Below, piece after piece: positions 1 to 11,298 of a stretch of DNA of 64,000 nt. Within the stretch, counting starts at the first letter, position 1; each line of letters opens with the position of its first letter. The DNA is taken from NCBI GenBank assembly GCA_012295275.1, contig CM022667.1:15934001-15998000 (forward strand), given 5' to 3'. The DNA is from Chrysomallon squamiferum (taxonomy: Eukaryota; Animalia; Mollusca). Both the position numbers and the translations under genes were made by a program. The notes below the pieces were generated by a model. It searched no databases. It had not been told where the DNA came from and saw only the letters and a program-made list of their open reading frames with translations.

Positions 1-299
1 CACGAAGCAAAGTATATAATTCGAAATTATGAGATGTGGTGTGTGTGTGTGTGTTTTATTTATACACATATATATATGCGTGTGTGCGTGTGTGTCACTG
101 TGTGTCATCCATTATTCACTACTAACACCAATTCTTATAAAGTAAAACGAAACTAAAAGAAATACTATTTACATATATAATTTACACAAAGACAAATTTT
201 CACAAACACACAGAGGTATGGTGAATATTTGCTAGCACTCTTAGGAGGTAGGACTGACTGACTGTATCTTCGAGATCGAGGTAATGATTGCAGTATTTG

Positions 300-575
300 T
301 ATTATTATTATTACTAGTAGTAGCAGTAGCAATAGTAGTAGTGATAGAGTTGTAGTAGTAATAGCAGTAGTACTAGTAGCAATAGTAGTATTTGTAGTAG
401 TGACAGTAGTAGAAGGAATAGTAGCAGTAATAGTAGTAGTAGTAGTAGTAATAATAGTAAAAGTAGATAGTACTAGTAGCAATGATAGCAGTAGTAGTAG
501 TAGTAGTAGTAATGGTAGTAACAGTAGTACTAGTACGTAGTAGAAATAGTAGAAGTAGTAGCAGTAGTAGTATTT
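300..575. repeat. Degenerate (TAG/CAG/TAA)n trinucleotide microsatellite
   Basis: agtagtagcagtagcaatag-type tract; it produces the poly-L/T/Y ORFs. Confidence 0.9.
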
Positions 576-2149
576 CTTCATTTCTTTCTTCTTCATTTTT
601 TTTTTTTTTTTTTTTATGAAACTTTTGTATACTGTCACACAAAAAATGGTACCGTCAGAAATCTTCATGGATCGATAGTTACTAAAAATGTGTCAAGGTC
701 ATACCCTAGTGTTCTAAAATTAATGAACCAAGTTCCAATTTTCGATCAATTCATATTCAGTTTTCTAAAAGGCTCCGACCAAAGATAATTAAGAAGAGGA
801 TGAAGTGAAAGAAAACAAAGAAGAAATAGAAGGAAAAGGCTACGACAAAAATAAGAAAAAATATGATGATGAAAAAGAAGTATAAGAAAGAGAAATTATA
901 AGAAGCAAAACAAAATTAAAGAACAAGGAAATATAAGTAGAAGTAAAAAAAACAGATGAAGAAAAGATCAGGAAAAAAAAAGGAAACATAGAAGAAACGA
1001 AAAGTATAACTTGAATTATTGTGAGGATTGTTTTCACGATCGCAGGATCACTGCTCATGTGTTGTCGATTTTGTTGTTTTCCTCCTTCAGTGGATAGACA
1101 CTGATGTTAATTTTGCTTTCCTTTTAATGTGCCGTTGTTTATAATTATGTGTCTGTCGATTTGTCAGTCTCTCTCTCTCTCTCTGTCGCTCTCTCACACA
1201 CACGCACACACAAACGCACGCAGACACACACACATACGCACACACCCATAGACATACACGCTCCAGTTATCTGACAATTTTGCACGCCTTATCTTTCTTT
1301 TATTTCTTCTGCATACATTCGTGATATAAAAGCAAATATATGCATAAAGTGTCATCTGACTTTGCTTGTATTTCATTCGATGTACATTCTATGTCAACAA
1401 AACGTGATTGTCAGAAGCGCTCAAGCGAGATGTTGTACAGTGCAGAAGAAGATAATCACTAAAACTAAATTCTAGCTAAAGGTTACAGAAATTAGTATCA
1501 AAGACCTTTGCTGTTAAACTGACTTAGGCTGAAGGTATGATAACTTTTGTTTTCTGGGTTTTTTTTAAATTTTGATTGTTTTTTTCAAATTCTAATTATG
1601 ATTGTTTTTGTTTTTATAATTAGCAAAATTATTTTTTATTTTAAAACTTTCCATTTCTAATTATAATTTTTTCTTTAAATATTAAAATTATTTTAACTCT
1701 TCTTTGTTCTAATCATTTCTTACTCGTAAAATATTATATCATCTGTTTTGTAATTAAAAGACCTTTCTGCTATGTTTTATAGACTTTTCTTTTATCTTTC
1801 TTCTTTCTCCTTTGTTTTGCACTATTTTTAAATTTGTTAAGAACTGTTGTTTATATTTTTAATGGAACGTTCCTTCAGTATTAATTGTTAATAACAAAAT
1901 GTTGTGGGAAAGATTGATCTGCATCTTGAAAAGTGAGTGAAAAACGAAAAAAATACAAAGAGTTTGGCACTTCAAATTAATTCTTTGTTTTAGTATATGA
2001 ATTTTTCATTAAAATGTTGTTCCTTTTTATTATCTTCATTTCAGAAAGTTTAAATTAATCAACGAGAAAGTTATGGAGAAACCGTAAGTATCAAATAATT
2101 ATAACAGTTATACAATATGATCAGTGTACAATAATATTCGTGTATCAAC

Positions 2150-2387
2150 AACTAAAACCGACTGTCGCGCAATTTTTAATTTGTGTGGTAAAAAGTATTT
2201 GTGCCGTGTATTACATTCGTTTTTAAATATTTTATTTATTTATTTATGTATTTAATTCTTTAATAATTTATTTATTTACTTATAATTTCAATAAAATGGA
2301 TAAAAACTAAAACTGACTGTCGCTGAGTTTTTAATTTCTATGGACAAAAATATTTGTGCCATGGATTATATCAATTTTTATAAGTTT

Positions 2388-2418
<31 letters not shown>

Positions 2419-2420
2419 TA
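2150..2420. repeat. Diverged direct duplication (~155 bp period)
   Basis: aactaaaac(c/t)gactgtcgc...tatttgtgcc at ~2150 and ~2305, each followed by (TATT)n. Confidence 0.75.
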
Positions 2421-3102
2421 ATTCGAAACAACATTTTTATTTTTTCATTTATTTCAGTCATGGCTTCAGTAGGAATAAGATAATTATTCTTAAAACTGAT
2501 ATACTCTTTCTTACTCTTTTCGTAAACGTATAATTATCTGTATAAGAATTTGAAAACTGTATTGCTTAGACCATTGTTAATATTATTGTCTGTAGGAAAT
2601 AATTTAGTAAGTAGCAACCCATCAGTTGGCTAACTGTCAGCAAAGTTCTTAACTGGACTTTGTGACATACCACACTCATTCCTCTTGGATTAATGTACGC
2701 ATGTATGTGAATGCCTGTTTAGGCCATGGTAAGTTTATTTTATGCTTTACGGATCCCTTATGTAAAAAATTGATGAGCAAAAATACAAATGTTAATATAT
2801 TTTTGAGGTGTTGTATTTATATAATACTGCCGATCAGCTTGAGGTAGAAAAATAAATGTTTAAGTCTTGACGGTTAACGTTGGTTTGATTTCATTTTCAC
2901 TTCATCCACTTAGAGCTGGTAGATACAAAAATTCAGTCTTTATATCGCAGTGCCGTCCTAAAACATTGCAGTGTCAAAAAAACCCGAGTCTAGTTTTACT
3001 TCTTGCATTCCAGTGCTACGAATTTTATTGAAATATGTAAAGATATTTCAACAGTCTGTTCAGTTCATAAACCAACATTTCCAAATATTTATAGTCTAAC
3101 TC

Positions 3103-3158
<56 letters not shown>

Positions 3159-3604
3159 CACACACACATACATTTATACACAGCAAAAGACAATAGAAAA
3201 AATGGGACTGCTAGATAGACAGAGAGATAGACGTACAGAAAATATAGAAACACTTTGTAGAGACAAACAGATAGACACACATGTAATTACTGATACATGT
3301 AAATGGATACATATAGAAAAATGAATAAACAGAGAGGAAAAGATAGAAACATAGACTGAGGGACTGATAAAGAGACTTTAATGGATTAATACAGGAAACT
3401 GGATGGACAGACAGGCACACAGATAGATGTACGTACAGTACAGACAAACAGTTAAAAATAGCTAGAGATAAACAGATATTCGTAACACATCTCCATACTT
3501 TAGCCTATTTCACGCTCATTGATAATCTGGTAAGAGAAGTATAGCTATCGTAATACACTAGAAATATAACAAACAACCTTGATTAGATAAAGAAATATAC
3601 TTGT

Positions 3605-3718
<114 letters not shown>

Positions 3719-4423
3719 AAACACACATATATAAAACATACAATGTCTCTCCCGTTCACTCGCAAACATTCATACATTTATACATTTATAAATGAATGTA
3801 ATTGCTCGCTGTTAATCACTCAGAAATGCAGACATCTAACAGGAATACAAATATCATTAACATTACTCTAAAAAATCACTCTATTATGATGTGCAAAAGT
3901 ATTTTTACAAACTACAATAACAGTGACATTTTTTAATAATAAAAATGTACAAGATTTACATTCATATATAAATTCAAATTACTAACCGTTCAGAAATAAT
4001 AAATTAAAACGATAAACAAAATTGAATTTTGACTTGCATTAATTTCAGTTCATGTTTCTACAAATTTAATTCAGTTCAAATATTTATCTTTATAATTAAA
4101 TCATTAAATTACGATCAGATAAAGATTATATGTAATTTAAAACCATAAACATATCAGTTTTATTTAACAGTTCACATCGATCTAAATTACAATGTATTAT
4201 GCAGTTAAATTAGACCCAGCTGTCAGTTTAAATCACAGCTTACGATAAATATAAATGTAAATACACGCATTAGTAAACATATTTATCGTAGGTATTAATC
4301 AGTTTCTGGGATCTGGAAAGATGGGCTGTGGTAAAACTAATTAAAATAATAATAATAATGCATAATACATAATCAGGTCACCACGTTTTAAAAAAGGTGG
4401 AACAAATTAAACATTTAAAAAAC

Positions 4424-4464
<41 letters not shown>

Positions 4465-6885
4465 TAGGGACTTTGGACTTTGTTCAGATCAGCATTTTAG
4501 AACTGTAATAAGGTGAGTGTGAGTGTATGTGTGTGTGAGAGACTGTATTTCTATATGTATGTATGGGGTGGTGTCTGAATCACTGTGATTGTATGTTTCT
4601 GTTTGTGTGTGTGTTCTGTCCCTCTGAAGACTTACTAAAATAACTAACTTACTAAGTAAGTAAGTAACAAACAAAATCAAATTAAGAAGCAGCTAGTTAT
4701 CTAAACTACAAGCTATCTAATGAATTTATCTACAAGCTATAATGAATTTATTTAATACCAGACATTAATTCCACAGCATATTAAAGTTCATTTCTACGTA
4801 CTGTGTGAAAGTTTTCTATGTGAAAAAATGTATCTGTATATGAGAGTTTTATGTATGTATTACTCTGTTGAATAGTTGTCTGAGAATACCTTTTTTTTTT
4901 TTTTTTGTGTGTGTGTGTGTGTGTGTGTTTCTGTTCTCTATCTTTCTGTCCGCCTGACTCTCTATCATGTTGTTTTTTTCATGACAGTTTCTACGTGGTG
5001 ATTAAAAGTAAACAATGAAGAACTCTTTTCTATGTTCCACTGATGATTACATTCTTAAGACGAGGCTATTTTCTCCAATTAGTGTCTGAAACGGTTCATG
5101 TTTCTATTTACATACTGCTGAACTGGGAACCGGATTACTTTTGGAAACCTTAATCATTTAAACACATAATTATTCACTCATGCTACATTATCTTCAAGGT
5201 ACACAAAAAGTGCAGTGACACAAGAGCAAAGTATTTAAATATTTAACCCTTGGTCTAACTTGGGCGTGGATTCGAAGTTCAGATTTTTTTTTTTTTTTTT
5301 TTTTTTTTATCTAATAGACTTAGAATGAATCATTAGATTTAACAAACAGGTCTTTTGAAAAAACATTCCGAATATACATATCTGTGTGTATTTCATTTTC
5401 TTTTACTGATATTAAATTTTGTTTAATTTTACAGTGTTTTAAAGGACACTCCTCTCTCTCTCTCGCCTGTTTTTATCTTTTCTCTCGTTTTCCAAACTTT
5501 AATTCATTAATCATCATATTTATACAAATACTGATTATCGTTATAATTCACTAATCAGCAATCTCCGACTATGATCGTGCAAAGTCGTTTTTAAGTGGCG
5601 TGACCTAAAAAAATAGTTCTTTTTGGTCATTGCGATAAAGAATTGGACACTGTTTAATAATTAGATCATTACGAGACAGGATGGTCGTCTGCTTTCAGCA
5701 GTCTAGACAGATATTGTATTTCGCTTGATATCAGTGTTTTAATTGTTCGTATCCTTCTCAACTGATAATATTAATGAATTTAATAATAATAATAATTATT
5801 ATTATTACATATCTGTTACAGGTAAGGTCACAAGGAACAGATAAATAAATAAACAAATAAATATCACAAGTTCTGGGAAATAAACAAACATCGGAAGATA
5901 AATTATGTACTAATTGTATAAATTTATGCATAAAAATAATGATTTTATTGTATTTATTTATAATACTATTGTTGATTAGGAACTAATTTTATTATAGTGG
6001 TTTCTAGTATTATCCTTGAAGATAAAGAAATAAATATATAACGTAAATTTTAAACTTGTAATAAATGTAGGTAAATATCTGCAATGTCGGCTAGTATCTC
6101 TTCAGCTTTTTTGGAAGAACCGAAAGCGCAATAACCTTTGAGATAATTCCTTTTATTTTTACCTTGTTTTGGGTCAGCGGTAAAAACAGCTGATTTCTAG
6201 ATGGGAAATTTGCTTCTGCTGAAAGGTCAATGACACAAAGTCCTTGAAAAACCGTGCCGGACCCCTCGCTGATACATATACCTTTTCTTCACCCCCATAG
6301 TTTCAAGTAAGTAAACAAAAAGCTTACGGTTGGGTCGCTTAGCGGTCGCACGTTCACTTAGGCCGGAACAAAAGTCAGGATAATGCGGTCGAGAGTAGAG
6401 TAATATTCATAATTAATACAGAAGTAACATACGTTCACTCTCTTAGTTCTTCGCCAATACCATCTACCGGCACCTCTTTATCTGTTTATTTTTATTAATA
6501 TATTTCTTTATCTACAATAATAATATTAGATATCAATATAATAAAAATACGTTCCCTGTCAGAAGCAATTAACATAATTTTATAGTGAATAAATTGAGTC
6601 TATATGCTGTGATTCTTTGCTTTTCTACAAGATTTATAATAAATACACTGAACAATTTTAAACTGATTAATTCGTTGTGTACAATGAACTTTGCTCACAC
6701 GCTGACTCATCTGGTTGGCTAGCTTCATAATAAAGTTGCAGACATGTAAATCTTTTGTTTCCCTTCTTTTTTTTTTTCTTTTTTTTCACCCATTTCTAGA
6801 ACGTGCCAATATACATTTCGTATGCTGGTTAAAACTGGAAGTTTTGTGTTAAATGATGATTAAAATGATGGAAAAGAAAAAGAAG

Positions 6886-6888
<3 letters not shown>

Positions 6889-6916
<28 letters not shown>

Positions 6917-7179
6917 TAAAAAATAAAAAATAAAAATAAAAATAAAAATAAAAATAAAAATAAAAATAAAAATAAAAAATAAAATAAAATAAAATAAAAA
7001 ATAAAAATAAAATAATAAAAAATAAATAAATAAACAAAAATAAAGAATACAAAAAGAATTTAAAAGAATAACAAAAACGAACAATAAAACAATAAAAACA
7101 AAACAAAACAAAGTGATCCTCAGTCTTATGTTCCTAACCACAAAAAAATACAAATGTAATGAAATGTTCGTCATATGTG

Positions 7180-7245
<66 letters not shown>
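6889..7245. repeat. Poly-A, (AAAAAT)n and (TTA)n simple repeats
   Basis: Read directly from the sequence. Confidence 0.9.
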
Positions 7246-7247
<2 letters not shown>

Positions 7248-7360
7248 ACGTGATATTAGTTTGGCGTAAGTCCAAAAATGAAAAAAAATGAAAAAAATTG
7301 CTTTGTCAAAAAAGCATTGCACAGCTCGACTGGTATAATTCCGTCTTACGATGTTAGCAA

Positions 7361-7556
7361 CAGCTGACAAAGAAACTGGAACTGTGCCACTTCTGGCCAA
7401 TGAAAACATCTTATTTTGACACACCTCCCAGTTCAACGCGAGGGCACGCTTTAGAAAATTAATGATGACAAATCTCGTCAGCAGAAATCAGCTGATTGTG
7501 ACGTCGAGCTGCAGCAACGTCAGCCAATCAAATCGCCAGAATGAGACACACCTCCG
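7361..7556 (+). promoter_or_regulatory. Upstream enhancer-like segment with two CAGCTG..CCAAT-N18-CACACC modules
   Basis: CAGCTG at 7361 and 7489, CCAAT at 7397 and 7524, GACACACCTCC at 7418 and 7545; CRE-like TGACGTCG at 7499. Confidence 0.55.
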
Positions 7557-8098
7557 TAAAACGGGGAATAAACAAAATTAATAATAGAAGAAAGAAAGCA
7601 CTTTTGTTGTTGTCGCAAGGCCAGAGGCTTTATTATTAAACAGAGCGCGTTGAAACTGTTCATTGAATATAATAAAAATAATTAAACATGACTCATTTGA
7701 TACATTTCTGTAGCATTTTGGGATGAATGATGTTTTCACAGAAACGCCCAAAAGTTAAAAAAAAAAAAAAAAAAAAAAAAATCGAGTTCCCAACGTAAAC
7801 AAGATAGCTGTTAATCGTTCGAGCGTGCGTATGTCTGTCTGTAACTGTATACGTACGCATATATGTTAAATTCATGTATTTATACACGTGTGTTTTCTGT
7901 GTATAATTACGCACAATATTTACCTGTCTCGTATATGTGTATGTATTTTTACACGGCTTTCTATCAATTTCGGTTTATTTATTTCTGTATTATTCATAAG
8001 TTTTCCAATACTTTCACATTGATTTTATGTCTGCATGCATTTGGTGAGGACAGATCTATTTTTGGTGTATATCTTGAGTTTGTATAAGCGTGTATGTG

Positions 8099-8151
<53 letters not shown>

Positions 8152-8247
8152 TGTATGACATGAAAATAGTCTGTTACCATATTACTTCTAGCTAGTATTG
8201 CTATACTGTTGCATCAGCTTTCGTTTTCTTATTGATCTAATTGCTTA

Positions 8248-8285
<38 letters not shown>

Positions 8286-8903
8286 TATTAACATGCTAAT
8301 TTCGATTATTTAGTATTTAATAAACTGGTGCTTACTAATAAATTAGGTAAATAGCTTGAGAAAATTCGATGGAATTCGGTGACAACTGGTCGAATGGAGG
8401 TATAGACAGACAGGTATATGAAATATCTGGCTGTCGAATACTAGGTAATTTAACTTGTTCATACCACCATTTACAAACTGGCAAAAATTTGAAAATTATA
8501 TATTCATGTCACTGTTCTTTATTTTAGTTCATTAAAAAACAAAATAAATACATAAACAAGGAAGTAAATTAATAAATAATCGCAAAGAAACGTATTACTG
8601 TTGTTGTTTTTTATTAACAGTTTTGTTATTATCTTTAGAATTTTATTTCGGAGGTCTGTTGCTATTTTCTGTTATTTATCTGTATACTTATTTCATTTTA
8701 CTTTATTTTATTTTCTATTTCCGACGATTTCATCATCATAATATTTTCTTCTTATAGTGACCATCGTCATAAAAATATATATTATCTTATTTATATTCTC
8801 ATGTTATGATGATTATCTTATTATTATTATTATTATTATTATTATTGTTATTGTTATTATTGTTTACCATTCAAAATGTCTTCCTTGTTAACCCTGCAGT
8901 CAT

Positions 8904-8975
8904 CAGCTGCTGTTGTCAAGGCCAGTGCACATCTAAGCTCAGCCAATCAGATTGCTTAATTCTGACACACCCTCC
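8904..8975 (+). promoter_or_regulatory. Third CAGCTG..CCAAT-N18-CACACC module
   Basis: CAGCTG 8904, AGCCAATCAG 8941-8950, GACACACCCTCC 8964-8975. Confidence 0.55.
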
Positions 8976-9099
8976 ACAGTCACCTAGCAATGCAAATCGA
9001 AATCCAATTGCCGTTTATTAATCACAAAAATATTTCATCATTTTTCCTGTTTGTTTCGTGCATTAACGATCCGTGCGTGAGAGTATTAACATTCGAAGG

Positions 9100-9630
9100 C
9101 GTTAATGTAAACATCAATAACAAACCATTTTTTTTGTTGTCTGAAAAAAATCTGATGTAAATACAACTTCAAAAATATAAAGAATAACAAAAAATAAAGA
9201 TGACACCCTAACGTAAAATATTAATGGTAGCTTTCTCGTTTCGACAAAACATGTTTTAAAAATACATGGACGCCATTGCAGTGGCCTATAACAGTTACTG
9301 GGGAGGAACAACAACAAGACGAAGGGCATAAAGTATTAAAATGGGGGAAATAAATTTCGCAGTGGACGCATTCCGCGAAATCTTAGATTCACGTTTTTAG
9401 TAGTGAAGTAAACAAATGTTTGTCTGTACTGAAGAGTACAGAAGAGAGAGATATCCAAAGAATATACAGGATAAACAGTAAACATTGTGTTTTTTTTTTA
9501 CTCATCGGAGCGTACACTTACTGACAGTCCAAAGGTCAACCAATCAACTTTCCGAAAATAGTACGAGATACATGATTGACATCTACGCACTGTATATAAT
9601 TCCATGCGTGCAGTTGCGTACGCTCAGAAT
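9100..9630 (+). promoter_or_regulatory. TATA promoter of exon 1a with DR1 (HNF4-type), CCAAT and forkhead sites
   Basis: GTAAACA at 9107, 9408 and 9478; AGTCCA-A-AGGTCA (DR1) 9526-9538; CCAAT 9540; TATATAA 9593-9599; TCAGAAT 9624-9630. Confidence 0.6.
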
Positions 9631-9722
9631 ATGCAAGAAAACGACACTGATAAAAAATACCGTCAGCCGACTTTGTGGCTTTGTATGAATCTAGAGTTTG
9701 AAGCAAGATCTGCATTTTCAAT

Positions 9723-9772
9723 ATGCCGGGAACCGTTTTGCCTGGACAGAAACCTTCAACCAATAATGATGG
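9723..9772 (+). CDS. PCK: Candidate alternative first coding exon 1a of PEPCK-A (MPGTVLPGQKPSTNNDG; cytosolic-type N-terminus, ~654 aa isoform)
   Basis: ATG at 9723 has A at -3. The donor GG|gtgagt at 9773 is phase 2, matching the acceptor at 12741. TATATAA at 9593 and Inr-like TCAGAAT at 9624 lie upstream. Confidence 0.7.
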
Positions 9773-9923
9773 GTGAGTTTTTATAAAATTGTTATGATTA
9801 TTATTATTTTTATTTGTAAGGCATGTTTTATTTAAGACAATGGTTCTTTTTAGAGTTTAGATTCGGATTTAAGGCTGTTTTCTTTTGTGGTTTGTAAATA
9901 TTTTACGATTTCGAAGCAATCCG

Positions 9924-9972
<49 letters not shown>

Positions 9973-10409
9973 TTTGATAAATTTTTCCATTTCGAATTAA
10001 AGATTTCCCATTTACCTCAGTCCTTTCAACATTTAGATTATTTAATGTTTGCTGGTATCAATAATACATACAGGAATAGCGGTTGGCCACTAAATTAATT
10101 AGGTTTAGTATTTTTGGCTTATCATAATGTTAGAAAGGTAATTACAGAATTTTCTGTGAAGTAAAACAGCTTTTGTCTTCTATTTTTTAAAAGGATAGAT
10201 ATCATGATAAATTTTGAAAGACTGCTTTTAATGTTTTATATTTTATTTTATCAAAAAATATGTTTTTATATTTTATTTTACTATTTGTAATGAAAACAAT
10301 CGAATAAGAAAAGATAATAAAAAGTAAATTGAATGAAATAGGACATTTTTTTTCGTCTGTGAATATTTCGTCAAAAACAGCAGTTGTATTGAATCAGTTG
10401 CTAGTTGTA

Positions 10410-10570
10410 CAATCAGCTGATAGAATCCTTACCTCATTCTGACGTCACAGCCAATGAAAACAGCGCATGCGGCCACACCTACTGGTGCACTGAAGCGCTA
10501 CTGAAATTAATACACAGCAGCAGATAACATTGAAATTGCACGGCGTTAAAGTGGCGCTACGGAAGTGTAA
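10410..10570 (+). promoter_or_regulatory. TATA-less promoter of exon 1b: E-box, CRE, CCAAT, NRF1-like, CACC box, ETS
   Basis: CAGCTG 10414; TGACGTCA 10440-10447; CCAAT 10451; GCGCATGCG 10463-10471; CACACC 10474; CGGAAGTG 10560-10567. The segment is locally CpG-rich. Confidence 0.65.
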
Positions 10571-10728
10571 CAAGTTCAAATTCTTTGAAATTTAATAGCA
10601 ACCTAGTTTTCATTAGGGTTTCTCATTTACTGCGGACTTTATTTTTTCTGCGTGTATTTATGCGCACTTGACCTGTAGTGTTGTTGTGAGTCTTTAAATC
10701 GGTCACTGACTTTTCTCCTACGGTCAGA

Positions 10729-11230
10729 ATGGTTGGGTTTTTCAGAATCGCCAGGTACATATGCATTTCTTTCTACCGTGTGATTTCACTTTAATAATTG
10801 CTTTTCGTTTCTACCGGCTTTTTTTATAATCCAAAATATGAAAAAATATGCAGATTCACGACGTTTTTCGATTTTAAACTTCGAGGATTTTCGATTATGG
10901 TGTAGGTCACGTGTCAGGGTTATGGATAATAAATTATGGCTTACAGACGACCGCATTGATTGCAGTTGTCTCCCTGTAGTTTCAAAGTCCAAAGCTGCTG
11001 TGACATGTGTTAGTAATTTATGACAGTAGGTTAAATACCATCATTAATACACCGACATAATATTAATTTAAATAATAATATTTTAAAATTTATTTTATAT
11101 CAGAAATCATTTTTGGTATTGTTTATTTAATAATACTAAAAAAAAAAAAAATAAAATAAAAATAAAAATAAATAAAAATAATACCTTTATTTAATTTGTT
11201 GCAAAAACTGACTTTTTATTGGATTTTTTT

Positions 11231-11298
<68 letters not shown>

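Noticed and set aside
165-668. 167-aa and 89-aa minus-strand ORFs rich in L/T/Y
   Set aside because: They are translations of the (TAG)n microsatellite and a poly-T run, with no domain content.
9604-9786. 60-aa ORF as the PEPCK-A N-terminus
   Set aside because: Its frame is phase 1 at the 9773 donor, incompatible with exon 2. I treat it as a uORF instead.
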